Virus record (IMG/VR): IMGVR_UViG_3300005534_000013
Location: 2,387-66,386 of that record
DNA length: 64,000 nucleotides
Direction: 5' to 3' (one strand)
Source: a virus
Shown here: piece after piece, positions 27,034-36,527 of the stretch
Layout: every line of letters begins with the position of its first letter
Numbering within the stretch: position 1 is the stretch's first letter
The notes under the pieces: model-generated
The model's database searches: none
Seen by the model: the letters and a program-made list of their open reading frames with translations, nothing else
What the model was told of the DNA's origin: nothing
Program-made: the position numbers and the translations under genes

Positions 27034-27669
27034 GTGGCGCTCCGGAACCTCCACGCGATCGCGAACCGCTACATCGCCGGCGCCGTGAGCCCCAACTTCC
27101 TCGGCAACTGGCTCTCCAGCCAGGGGTACGCGCAGATCGGCGATGCGGCGTTCACGGGCGCGATCGCGGGCACGACCCTCACGGTGTCGGCGGTCGCGAG
27201 CGGTGCGCTCGCGGTGGGCTCGCTCCTGACGGATCAGACCAGCGCCCTCGAGTCCGCGACGGTCATCGAGGCCCTGGGGAGTGGGACCGGGGGCGTGGGA
27301 ACCTATGTGGTCGCGCCGGCCCAGACCGTGGGGTCCGAGCCCATGGCGGCGAACGGCCCGGGGAAGCGCCAGCAGACCTACCGGACGTTCGCCGATCGCC
27401 CGATGCAGGTCCAGGCGCTCTCGGCCGAGGATTTCGGGCTGGTCGACCGCCTCAACATAGCCGAGACCGTGCGCGGGGTCTGGATGAATGGCCAGGTTCA
27501 AGGAGTCCAACGCCCAGATATTCGCGGCGGCGATATTCTGCAAATTCCCACGGGACTGAGTGGGAACGCATACGATACTTGGTTGGTGAAGGCCGTATTA
27601 GAAGGCTGGGACGCGGATGGCTGGTGTCATGTCGCAGTTGTGTTGCAAATGCCGACGCAAAGCCAATGA
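27034..27669 (+). CDS. head-tail connector / closure protein with inserted Thr/Gly module
   Basis: NLHAIA...QVQALS..D...GGDIL...WLVKAVLEGW. Confidence 0.72.
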   Translation: MALRNLHAIANRYIAGAVSPNFLGNWLSSQGYAQIGDAAFTGAIAGTTLTVSAVASGALAVGSLLTDQTSALESATVIEALGSGTGGVGTYVVAPAQTVGSEPMAANGPGKRQQTYRTFADRPMQVQALSAEDFGLVDRLNIAETVRGVWMNGQVQGVQRPDIRGGDILQIPTGLSGNAYDTWLVKAVLEGWDADGWCHVAVVLQMPTQSQ

Positions 27670-28250
27670 AGACCTGCACCAAATGTAAGACCTCTCGCCA
27701 CTTGTCCGACTTTCGCAAGGACCGGAAGCGCAAGGACGGCCTTCAGTGCTGGTGCGACTTCTGTCTGAGCGCCTATCGGATTCAAACGCAGGGCCGACAC
27801 CGGCTCTACTGCGCTGAATATTACGCCGCCCATGGCGAGGAGATGCGGGAGAGCAATAAGCGGAGGCGACGATCCGACCCGGCCCGGGCGCGCGCGTTGG
27901 ATGCTCCAAGGAACGAGAAGCGCAAAGAGCAGCGCGCCCAGGCCCGCAAGGTCCGAGCCGAGATGATGAAGGCCAGGTCCAAGGCTCAGCGGGTTGCGAA
28001 GTGCCGTCTCCGCGCCGCGCGGAAAAAGAGGGCGATCCCGGCCTGGGCTGATCAGGCGGAGATCTTGCGCCATTACGAGGCCGCGCAGCGCCTGACGGCC
28101 GAGACCGGCATCCCGCATCACGTGGATCACGTCGTGCCGCTATCCTCGCCTCTCGTGTGCGGGCTGCATTGGCATAGGAACCTCGCGGTCGTCCCTAAGT
28201 GGGCAAACCTGATGAAGGGCAATCGTCACTGGCCGGACATGCCGCAATGA
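27666..28250 (+). CDS. HNH homing endonuclease
   Basis: CTKC..CDFC N-terminus; HHVDHVVPL..VCGLHWHRNL..NLMKGN. Confidence 0.85.
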   Translation: MKTCTKCKTSRHLSDFRKDRKRKDGLQCWCDFCLSAYRIQTQGRHRLYCAEYYAAHGEEMRESNKRRRRSDPARARALDAPRNEKRKEQRAQARKVRAEMMKARSKAQRVAKCRLRAARKKRAIPAWADQAEILRHYEAAQRLTAETGIPHHVDHVVPLSSPLVCGLHWHRNLAVVPKWANLMKGNRHWPDMPQ

Positions 28251-28432
28251 ACGATTCCGCACCCTTTTCGCACCCAAATCGAGTCGGGACGCCGGCGGAA
28301 CTCTGCTGGGCCTGCGATGGCGCGGGGACGGTGGCGGATCGCCAGTGGCCCTCGGGCCGCGACATCTGCCCGACCTGCTTCGGGCGTCGGGTGATCGCCC
28401 AGGCGCCGGCGCGCCAGCAGGAGGCGGCCTGA
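28247..28432 (+). CDS. small zinc-finger protein
   Basis: CWACDGAG..CPTCFG; coupled on both sides. Confidence 0.5.
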   Translation: MNDSAPFSHPNRVGTPAELCWACDGAGTVADRQWPSGRDICPTCFGRRVIAQAPARQQEAA

Positions 28433-28977
28433 TGCCCCTGCCCTCCGGGCCCACCCCTGCCCCGACGCGCGAGCAGCTCCTCACGCTGCTCCGGGGCTTC
28501 CTCGTCACCGTGCTCCCGACCGGGGTCGAGGTCGTGATCGGTCAGGCGAACCGCGTTCCCGAACCCAGCGGGCCCGATTACGTGGTCCTGACGTCCGTGG
28601 GGCTCCGGCGCCTCGCGACGACGGTCGACACCTGGGACATGGGCGATCCCGCGCCCTCGACGCTTGAGCACGAGCAGGACGTCGCGATCCGGGTTCAGAT
28701 GGACGTCCACGGCCCGAACTCGACCGACAACGTGAACATCATCACGACGCTGCTCCGCTCGGACTATGGGGTCGAGTTCTTCGGCAACAGCGGAATGTCG
28801 CCCTTGACCTGCGATGATGGTAATCAGATCCCCTTCACTTCGGGGGAGAGGCAGTTCGAGGATCGCTGGGTGGTCGAGGCCCTGTTCCAGATGAACGTGG
28901 TAGTGGCGACGACTCAGCAGTTTGCCGATAGGCTCAATCCCGAGCTCGTGAACGTCGACACCCTCTATCCACCTTGA
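28432..28977 (+). CDS. tail terminator / neck protein
   Basis: GQANRVPEP...QMDVHG...QFEDRW; precedes the sheath gene. Confidence 0.75.
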   Translation: MPLPSGPTPAPTREQLLTLLRGFLVTVLPTGVEVVIGQANRVPEPSGPDYVVLTSVGLRRLATTVDTWDMGDPAPSTLEHEQDVAIRVQMDVHGPNSTDNVNIITTLLRSDYGVEFFGNSGMSPLTCDDGNQIPFTSGERQFEDRWVVEALFQMNVVVATTQQFADRLNPELVNVDTLYPP

Positions 28978-28987
28978 GGACGCCTAG

Positions 28988-30910
28988 ATGACCCTCGCAA
29001 TCCCGGCCTCGCAGATCGTCGCCGTCAACCCGGGCGTCGTCGGCGCCGGCGGCTCGGCGCTCGATCTCAACGGGCTGATGCTCACGACCTCGACCCGGGT
29101 CCCGGTCGGGACCGTGCTCTCGTTCCCGACCCAGCTCTCGGTCGCGGCGTTCTTTGGCGCCAACTCGACCGAGGCCGCGCTGGCGCTGATCTACTTCAAC
29201 GGCTTCGATAACTCGGCCGTGAAGCCGGGCGCGCTCCTCTTCGCCCAGTACCCCTGGGCGGCGCCGGTCGCGCCCTATGTCCGGGGTGGGAACATCGCCG
29301 CCGCCCTGTCGCTCGCGCAGCTCCAGGCCCTGGCGCCTGGCACGCTCACGGTCGTGCTCAACGGCCTCTCGCATGTCTCGGGCACGATCAACCTCTCGGG
29401 CGCGACCAGCTTCTCCAACGCCGCGTCGCTGATCCAGACCGCCCTCGGGGCCAACGACGCGACCTTCACGGGCTCGATCGCGGCCAGCACCGCGAGCGTC
29501 ACGGGCTCGATCGCGGGCAATGTCCTCACGGTGACCAACGTCTCGTCCGGCGTCCTCGTGGTGGGCGGGATCCTGTCCGGGACCGGGGTGACGGCCGGCA
29601 CGCAGATTCAGGCGCAGCTCGGCGGCACGACCGGCGGGATCGGGACCTACCAGGTCTCCGCCTCTCAGACCGTGAGCTCGACCACGATCTCCGAGACCTA
29701 TGGGACCCTCACCGTCTCCGCGATCTCGGCCGGCGCGGTGGCGCTGGGCCAGGTGCTCGCCGGCGCCGGGATCACGGCCAACACGAGCGTGACCGCGCTC
29801 GGGACCGGGACCGGGGGCACGGGCACGTACATCGTGAGCCCGACCCAAACGGTCGGCTCCGAGGCGATGACCTCGGGCGCCGCGCTCGTGACCTTCGACT
29901 CGGTCTCCGGGGCCTTCATCATCACCGGGGGAACCCCGGGCCTCGTGGGGACGATCGCGTTCCCCAGCGGCGCGATGGCGACCTCGCTCCTCCTCACCCA
30001 GGCGACGGGGGCCGTGCTCTCCCAGGGGGCGGCGCTCGCGACCCCGGCGGCGTTTATGAACGCGATCGTGGCCCAGACCCAGAACTGGGCGACGTTCTTC
30101 ACCACGTTCGACCCCGTGGCGGCGGACAAGGTGGCGTTCGCGACCTGGGTGAACGGCCAGCAGACCCAGTACCTCTATTCCGAGTGGGCCCAGGACGTCG
30201 CGAACACCCTCCCGAACCCCAACACCGGCACGTCGCAGATCATCGCCGGGGGCTTCTCGGGCACGGCGCCGATCTACGGTCCCCTCCAGGGCGCCTCGAA
30301 CGCGGCGCTGCTCGCGGGCTTCGTCGCCTCGATCGACTTCCAGCAGACGAACGGCCGGACCACGATGGCGTTCCAGTCGCAGAGCGGCTTCAGCCCCGAG
30401 GTCACCAACGCGACGATCGCCTCCCAGCTGATCGCCAACGGGCTGAACTTCTACGGCTCCTACTCGACCGCGAACGACAACTTCAATTTCGTCTACCCGG
30501 GCTCGGTCACCGGCCCGTTCAAGTGGCTCGACAGCTACGTGAACGCGATCTGGCTCAAGAACCAGCTCCAGCTCGCGCTGATGACGCTGCTCACGAGCGT
30601 GCCCTCGATCCCCTACAACAGCGCGGGATACGACCTAATCGAGGCCGCGTGCGCGGACCCGATCAACGCGGCGGTGAACTTCGGCGCCATTCGGGCCGGG
30701 GTCCCGCTCTCGGCCCTCCAGGTCGCGGAGGTGAACAACGCCGCCGGGGCGCAGATTTCCGACGTCCTGCAGAACCGCGGCTGGTACCTCCAGGTCTTGC
30801 CCGCGACCGCCCAGGTGAGGGTGGCGCGGCAATCGCCGCCCATCACCCTCTGGTACATGGACGGGCAATCGGTGCAGCAGATCACCCTCCAGTCGCTCGA
30901 GGTCCAATAG
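28988..30910 (+). CDS. tail sheath protein (DUF3383-type)
   Basis: IPASQIVAVNPGV, YFNGFDNS, QNWATF, WLDSYVN, IPYN, LWYMDG. Confidence 0.88.
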   Translation: MTLAIPASQIVAVNPGVVGAGGSALDLNGLMLTTSTRVPVGTVLSFPTQLSVAAFFGANSTEAALALIYFNGFDNSAVKPGALLFAQYPWAAPVAPYVRGGNIAAALSLAQLQALAPGTLTVVLNGLSHVSGTINLSGATSFSNAASLIQTALGANDATFTGSIAASTASVTGSIAGNVLTVTNVSSGVLVVGGILSGTGVTAGTQIQAQLGGTTGGIGTYQVSASQTVSSTTISETYGTLTVSAISAGAVALGQVLAGAGITANTSVTALGTGTGGTGTYIVSPTQTVGSEAMTSGAALVTFDSVSGAFIITGGTPGLVGTIAFPSGAMATSLLLTQATGAVLSQGAALATPAAFMNAIVAQTQNWATFFTTFDPVAADKVAFATWVNGQQTQYLYSEWAQDVANTLPNPNTGTSQIIAGGFSGTAPIYGPLQGASNAALLAGFVASIDFQQTNGRTTMAFQSQSGFSPEVTNATIASQLIANGLNFYGSYSTANDNFNFVYPGSVTGPFKWLDSYVNAIWLKNQLQLALMTLLTSVPSIPYNSAGYDLIEAACADPINAAVNFGAIRAGVPLSALQVAEVNNAAGAQISDVLQNRGWYLQVLPATAQVRVARQSPPITLWYMDGQSVQQITLQSLEVQ

Positions 30911-31345
30911 ATGCCCCGCACGCTGACGGCGGCCGACGCCGTAATCATCCTCAACGCGCCGGACGTCTTCTCGGCCCCGCAGCAGCTCCAGGGCTTCGCG
31001 ACCGACGACGTCTTCTCCGTCAACTCGCTCGACATCGCCGAGACGATGATGGGGGTCGACGGCAAGCTCAGCGGCGGCTACGTCCCCGTGCCGATCGACC
31101 AGACCTTCATGCTCCAGGCCGACAGCGACTCGATCGACTTCTTCGAGGCGATCTATGCCGCCGCGGTCCAGCAGCGGACGATCTTCTACCTCAGCGGCCG
31201 CACGGTGCTCCGGAGCACTGAGAAGCGCTACGTGATGACCCGGGGGCTGATGGTCGGCTACACTCCGATGCCGAACGCCAAGAAGGTCCTGCAGCCGCGT
31301 CCGTTCATCATCCGCTGGGAAAGCGTCTCGCCCAGCCCCGTCTAG
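30911..31345 (+). CDS. tail tube protein
   Basis: LQGFATDD...MGVDGKLSGG...LQADS; follows the sheath gene. Confidence 0.8.
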   Translation: MPRTLTAADAVIILNAPDVFSAPQQLQGFATDDVFSVNSLDIAETMMGVDGKLSGGYVPVPIDQTFMLQADSDSIDFFEAIYAAAVQQRTIFYLSGRTVLRSTEKRYVMTRGLMVGYTPMPNAKKVLQPRPFIIRWESVSPSPV

Positions 31346-31353
31346 GAGGGCCG

Positions 31354-31833
31354 ATGGGCCGCCGCACCACCGTCGTGACGATCACCGCCGAGGGCCGGGA
31401 CAAGGGGCGGGAGTACCTGGTCACCGAGATGCCGGCCTCGAAGGCCGAGCGCTGGGCCGCGCGCGCCCTCACCGCCGTCGGGAAGTCCGGCGCCCAGATC
31501 CCCGAGGACGTCGCGAACCTCGGGATGGCGGGCCTCTCGAGCATCGGGGTCCGGGCGATCCTCGGCGTGCAGTTCTCCGAGGCCGAGCCCCTGATGGACG
31601 AGATGATGGGGTGTGTGCAGAGGAAGATGGACTCTGGCGTCGTCCGTGATCTGATCGAGGACGACATCGAGGAAGTGGCGACGCGCGTGCAGTTGCGCGG
31701 GGAGGTGCTGGCCCTCCACATGGGTTTTTCGCTGGCCGACGCTCTGTCGAGACTCCGCTCGCTTGGGCCGTCGGCGGAGGAACCGGCGGAGATTTCATCG
31801 GCTACCCCAACCTCCCCGCAACCATCGGAATAG
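31354..31833 (+). CDS. tail assembly chaperone (gpG-like)
   Basis: GRDKG...EMPASKAERWA...DIEEVAT; between tube and tape measure. Confidence 0.8.
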   Translation: MGRRTTVVTITAEGRDKGREYLVTEMPASKAERWAARALTAVGKSGAQIPEDVANLGMAGLSSIGVRAILGVQFSEAEPLMDEMMGCVQRKMDSGVVRDLIEDDIEEVATRVQLRGEVLALHMGFSLADALSRLRSLGPSAEEPAEISSATPTSPQPSE

Positions 31834-31970
31834 TCGTCAGCGCGCGGCTCGCGACCCTGCACGAGCTTGATACGGTCTATGGCGTCGAAGACCTCCACGA
31901 TATGCTCGAGATTGCGGCGGTCGAGGCGGTGAATCGCCGGATCGCGGAGGCAGGGGAGGGCGAGCCGTGA
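31722..31970 (+). CDS. -1 frameshift extension of the chaperone (gpGT-like)
   Basis: slippery G GGT TTT at 31722-31728; -1 frame open to TGA31970, which overlaps the tape measure start. Confidence 0.75.
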   Translation, partial: GFFAGRRSVETPLAWAVGGGTGGDFIGYPNLPATIGIVVSARLATLHELDTVYGVEDLHDMLEIAAVEAVNRRIAEAGEGEP

Positions 31971-33661
31971 ACGTGATCGACGCCTTCTTCGTGACGGTCG
32001 GCCTCGATCCCTCGGGGATGCGGAAGGGCACGACCGAGGTCGCGTCCATGCAGAAGGGGATGCGCGAGGACGCGATCCGGACCCGCAAGGAGATGGAGGC
32101 CTCGGCGAAGCGGATCGGGGAGGGCTTCGACCGTCTGGCGAAGGGCGCGATCGCCCTGGGTCTCGCGCTCCTGGGCGCGCGGTCGATCGAACAGTTCATC
32201 CGCGCGACGATCGATCTCGACGCCTCGACGGGCCGGCTCGCCAAGACCCTCGGGATGTCGACCGAGGAAGTTTCGGCCTGGGAGGGGGCGATCCGCCAGA
32301 TGGGCGGGTCGAACCAGGACGCGATCGGATCCCTCCAGTCGCTCGTCACGGCGTTCGAGCAAATTCAGCTCACCGGCCAGTCGCCCCTGATCCCCTACCT
32401 GCAGCTGCTCGGCGTGACGCTCGCGGACCTCAAGAACCCGACCGAGACGCTGCTCCACCTCGCGGACCGCTTCAGCGCCATGGACCCCCGCCAGGCCTTC
32501 GCGCTCGGGACCGGGATGGGCCTCTCGCCGGCGATGATTAACCTCTTGATAAAGGGCCGGGCCGCGACACTCGACTACCTCGAGGCGGCGCGGAAGGCCT
32601 ACTCGATCCACCAGGCGGACGCCGAGGCGGCCCAGCAGGCGCAGAGGTCGCTCTCCCTGCTCGGCGACACCTATAGCCGGCTCGGGAACAATCTCCTCAA
32701 CACGGTCCTCCCCTATGCGATCCGCTTCACCGACTGGCTGACCCGGGTCGCTCAGCAGAGCACCCCGACGGGCGTCGCGGTCGACCACCTCGCGACGGCG
32801 TTCAAGAACCTCTTCGATGCGGTGAACGACCTGGCGGGCGGGAACCTGATCGGCGGGACCCTGAAGCTGATCGGCGACACGACCTCGTACATGATCGAGG
32901 CCCTGGCCCACATCATCAACTCGATGGCCGACGTCTTGAGGGGGGACCTCGGGGGCGCGGGGAGAGAACTCGCGGCCGCCGCGGTGGCGTTCGGAAACGA
33001 GATGCGGAGCTTCTACCACGACGCCGGGTTCAAGGGCTGGACCGATCCCCGGACCTCGCCGAACCAGGTATTCTCGGCGCCCGGTGCGCCAGCGGCCGCC
33101 GGCGCCGGTGGCCCAGGCGCCCCCGACACCTTCAGGGGCCATGCGACGACCGCGCGCGGAGGGGCCATCGGCGGCCTGATCGAGTCGTTCTTTCGTCTCC
33201 ATGGCTTCTCGGCCGCCAGCGCCCGGGGGATCGCGGCCGGGGTGGCGGCCGAGGGCGGGGGCGCGGGGTCAAAGAACCCGTTCTCGAGCGCGTTTGGGAT
33301 CGGGCAGTGGCTGACAAGTCGCCAGAAGGACTTCGCCCGCATCTTCGGCCACGACATCCATGGCTCTAGCCTAGACGAGCAGCTCCGGTTCATGCTCTGG
33401 GAGCTGACCCACAGCGAGCGGAGTAAGGGCGAGCGGATCCGCGGCGCGGGCTCGGCCGAGGCCGCGATGGTGACCTACCTCCGCGACTTCATGCGCCCGG
33501 GCGCCGGCCTGGCGGGCGACCTCAAGCGCGGGGCCAAGTATCTCGGGGCGACGATCCACATCGACCAGCTTACGGTCAACACCAAGGCGACGGACGCCAA
33601 GGGGATCGCGCGCGACATCCACGCCGAGCTCGCGACCCAGGCGAACCGGGGGCTCTTCTGA
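31967..33661 (+). CDS. tape measure protein with C-terminal tail-lysozyme-like domain
   Basis: helical Ala-rich body; GIAAGVAAE...AFGIGQW...LDEQLRFMLWEL. Confidence 0.85.
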   Translation: MNVIDAFFVTVGLDPSGMRKGTTEVASMQKGMREDAIRTRKEMEASAKRIGEGFDRLAKGAIALGLALLGARSIEQFIRATIDLDASTGRLAKTLGMSTEEVSAWEGAIRQMGGSNQDAIGSLQSLVTAFEQIQLTGQSPLIPYLQLLGVTLADLKNPTETLLHLADRFSAMDPRQAFALGTGMGLSPAMINLLIKGRAATLDYLEAARKAYSIHQADAEAAQQAQRSLSLLGDTYSRLGNNLLNTVLPYAIRFTDWLTRVAQQSTPTGVAVDHLATAFKNLFDAVNDLAGGNLIGGTLKLIGDTTSYMIEALAHIINSMADVLRGDLGGAGRELAAAAVAFGNEMRSFYHDAGFKGWTDPRTSPNQVFSAPGAPAAAGAGGPGAPDTFRGHATTARGGAIGGLIESFFRLHGFSAASARGIAAGVAAEGGGAGSKNPFSSAFGIGQWLTSRQKDFARIFGHDIHGSSLDEQLRFMLWELTHSERSKGERIRGAGSAEAAMVTYLRDFMRPGAGLAGDLKRGAKYLGATIHIDQLTVNTKATDAKGIARDIHAELATQANRGLF

Positions 33662-34338
33662 TGCCGATGTATCCCCAGGTCCCGGTCGCGCCCGGCGTCC
33701 CGCCGGTGTTCCGCAACTCGACGAACAACAGCCTTGGATCCCCCACGCCGCTCACCAGCGACGGGCCCAATGTCGCGTCGCCGCCCGACGCCGCGCCCCA
33801 GTGGGGCATCTTCGACTCCGGGGGCTCGGCGGTGATCGAGCCCGATTCCGTGATCTCGGCCGAGCGGATGCGCGAGTTCCGGGTCTCGGACTTCCCGATC
33901 GAGGCCGGGGGCTTCGCCTCCTACAACAAGGTCGCGACGCCGTTCAGGGGCGAGTTCCGGATGGTCAAGGGCGGGCAGGAGGGCGACCGGACCGCCTTCC
34001 TCAAGAAGCTCGACGCCCTGGTGGAGTCGCTCGATCTCTTGACGATGGTGACGCCGGAAATCTCCTACGACAACGTGAACGTCACCCACTACGAGTATCG
34101 GCGCACGAGCGAGAACGGGGTCCAGCTGATCGCGGCCGACATCCGGGTGGAGGAGATCAGGCAGGCGGCGTCCGCGGCCTTCTCCAACACCCAGGACCCC
34201 AGCTCCCAGGACGCGCAGAGCAACGGCGCCGTCCAACCCGTGACGCCCGACACGGCCCAGACCTCGGCCGCGCAGAGCGATCTCACGACCTCCCCGGGCG
34301 TCAATGACGCGGCGCTGGCGCCGGAGCCGCCCATCTGA
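33661..34338 (+). CDS. baseplate / tube-initiator (Dit-like) protein
   Basis: SDFPIEAGGFASYNKV..P; position. Confidence 0.72.
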   Translation: MPMYPQVPVAPGVPPVFRNSTNNSLGSPTPLTSDGPNVASPPDAAPQWGIFDSGGSAVIEPDSVISAERMREFRVSDFPIEAGGFASYNKVATPFRGEFRMVKGGQEGDRTAFLKKLDALVESLDLLTMVTPEISYDNVNVTHYEYRRTSENGVQLIAADIRVEEIRQAASAAFSNTQDPSSQDAQSNGAVQPVTPDTAQTSAAQSDLTTSPGVNDAALAPEPPI

Positions 34339-34664
34339 TGCTGATCGTTCCCCTCCAGGCCGTGCCGTCGCAGACGCTCAACATCGTGCTCGCCAACCAG
34401 GCGTGCACGATCGACGTGCTCCTGAAGTCCACCGGCCTCTTCGTCGACCTCTCGGTCAACTCCGCGCTCATCATCGGGGGCGTGGTGGCGCTGAACGCGG
34501 TCCGGATCGTCCGGGACAGCTACCTGAGCTTCATCGGCGACCTGATCTTCGTCGACATCCAGCCGGACCCCGTGACCGGGCCCGCCGATCCCCTCTACAC
34601 CGGTCTCGGGAGCCGCTGGCTGCTCTTCTACCTCGACGCCGGCGAGCTGAGCGGCGACGTCTGA
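34338..34664 (+). CDS. baseplate protein
   Basis: PLQAVPSQT...FIGDLIFVD...YTGLGSRW. Confidence 0.7.
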   Translation: MLIVPLQAVPSQTLNIVLANQACTIDVLLKSTGLFVDLSVNSALIIGGVVALNAVRIVRDSYLSFIGDLIFVDIQPDPVTGPADPLYTGLGSRWLLFYLDAGELSGDV

Positions 34665-35551
34665 TGGCCTACGCGAAGCGCAAGATCGACCTGGAGTTCC
34701 GCCTCGGGAAGGGCTCGTTCGGCGGCAGCGGCTTCAACACCGTGAAGGCGACGGGGCTCAGGGTCACGGCCGCGATCGAGAAGGCGGGCGCGATCGGGAT
34801 GCACACGCTCAATGCCCGCGTCTATGGCCTCGATCAGTCGATCGCCAACTCGATCTCGACCCTCGGGAAGGTCCTGACGGCGGGGCGGAACAATCTCGTC
34901 AGTGTCTCGGCCGGCGACGATCAGTCCGGGATGTCCGTCGTCTTCCTCGGGACGATCGACACCGCGTGGTCGGACTACACCGGCGCCCCCGACGCCGCGG
35001 TGGTGATCCGGGCCCACACGGGGCTCTTCGACGCCCTCCGGCCCCTCCCGGCGGTGAGCTTCCAGGGCTCGGCCGACGTCGCGACGATCATGTCCGGGAT
35101 CGCGCAGCAGATGGGCTACACGTTCGAGAACAGCGGGGTGAGCGTCCAGCTCTCCAACCCCTACTTTCCCGGCACGGGGCGCGACCAGGCCTACGCGGCC
35201 GCGCGCGCCGCCGACATCAACATCGCGATGGACGACCAGCCGGGCGGTACCCTCACGCTCGCGATCTGGCCCAAGGACGGGGCGCGGGGCGGGGTCGCGC
35301 CGCTGGTCTCGCCCGACACCGGGATGGTCAACTACCCGACCTGGGTCGAGAACGGGGTCATCGTGAAGACGCTCTACAATCCGAGTCTCATGGCCGGGGG
35401 CAAGGTGAACATCAAATCCGCGATCCCGAACGCCAATGGGACGTGGCAGATTTTCAATCTCCGCCACGACCTCGAGAGCGAGATCCCGGAAGGCGAGTGG
35501 TTCACGACTGCGAGCTGCAACGTCCTGGGGCATCAGCAACTTGCCACCTGA
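34664..35551 (+). CDS. baseplate hub protein
   Basis: ARVYGL...AGD...GMVNYP...HDLES. Confidence 0.75.
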   Translation: MAYAKRKIDLEFRLGKGSFGGSGFNTVKATGLRVTAAIEKAGAIGMHTLNARVYGLDQSIANSISTLGKVLTAGRNNLVSVSAGDDQSGMSVVFLGTIDTAWSDYTGAPDAAVVIRAHTGLFDALRPLPAVSFQGSADVATIMSGIAQQMGYTFENSGVSVQLSNPYFPGTGRDQAYAAARAADINIAMDDQPGGTLTLAIWPKDGARGGVAPLVSPDTGMVNYPTWVENGVIVKTLYNPSLMAGGKVNIKSAIPNANGTWQIFNLRHDLESEIPEGEWFTTASCNVLGHQQLAT

Positions 35552-36179
35552 GAGCCAGGACTACATCGGCGCCATGGCGCCGGCCGATGGGGGCTCGGCC
35601 TTCAACGCGATGTCGTTCATCGCCCGCCAGGTGCTGGGCCAGGTCTGGAGCGCGACGATCGTCAAGGTCACGGCCGTCCATGGGGGCGGGCTCTCGACCC
35701 CGCCGACGGTCGACGTCCAGCCTCTCGTGAATCAGATCGACGGCCAGGGAAACTCGACCCCCCATGGGACGATCTTCGGTCTCCCCTGTTGCCGCCTGCA
35801 GGGCGGGCTGAGCTCGGTAGTCCTGGACCCCGTGGTGGGCGACCTCGGCCTGGCGGTCTTCGCCGACCACGACATCTCCAGCGTGGTGAAGAACAGCGCG
35901 CAGGCGAACCCGGGCTCGAGGCGTCGCTTCGACCCCGCCGATGGCCTCTATGTCTGCACGCTCCTGGGCCAAGCGCCCACGACCTACGTGCAGTTCGGCG
36001 CCAGCGGGGCGATCAACATCGTCGGGGTCGGGACCGTGACCGTCCAGGCGCCCCACGTGACCGTGACCTCGAACGATGTGAACCTCGGGGCCACCGGCGG
36101 CGCGGCGGTGGCGCGGGTGGGCGATTCAGTGTCAGGTGGCGTCATCACGACCGGCTCGTCCAAGGTGAAGAGCGCATGA
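35541..36179 (+). CDS. baseplate central spike (gp138/gpV-like)
   Basis: VDVQPLV...RLQGG...DPVVGDLG..FADHDIS...RRFDPADG; start uncertain (TTG35541). Confidence 0.78.
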   Translation: MPPESQDYIGAMAPADGGSAFNAMSFIARQVLGQVWSATIVKVTAVHGGGLSTPPTVDVQPLVNQIDGQGNSTPHGTIFGLPCCRLQGGLSSVVLDPVVGDLGLAVFADHDISSVVKNSAQANPGSRRRFDPADGLYVCTLLGQAPTTYVQFGASGAINIVGVGTVTVQAPHVTVTSNDVNLGATGGAAVARVGDSVSGGVITTGSSKVKSA

Positions 36180-36526
36180 ACACCCTGCTTCTCGACACCA
36201 CCGCCTGGGACCTCACGAGCGACCTCGACGGCAACATCGCGATGGCGACGAACCCCTATGCGATCGCCCAGGACGTGGCCTCGGCGCTGCGGCTCTTCAA
36301 GGGCGAGTGCTTCTTCGACACCACCCGGGGCGTCCCGTATTTCAACCAGATCCTCGGCCGCGCGCCGCCGCTCGCGTTCCTCAAGGCCAAGTTCGTCACA
36401 GCCGCGATGACGGTCCCCGAGGTGGTGAACGCGATCGCGTTCGTGGCCTCGATCATCGGCCGCAAGGTCACGGGCCAGGTCCAGGTCACGACCTCGGCCG
36501 GCGTCACCTTCCCGGTGGGGTTCTGA
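36176..36526 (+). CDS. baseplate wedge (gp25-like) protein
   Basis: TLLLD..WDL...[21 protein letters not shown]. Confidence 0.75.
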   Translation: MNTLLLDTTAWDLTSDLDGNIAMATNPYAIAQDVASALRLFKGECFFDTTRGVPYFNQILGRAPPLAFLKAKFVTAAMTVPEVVNAIAFVASIIGRKVTGQVQVTTSAGVTFPVGF

Positions 36527-36527
36527 G

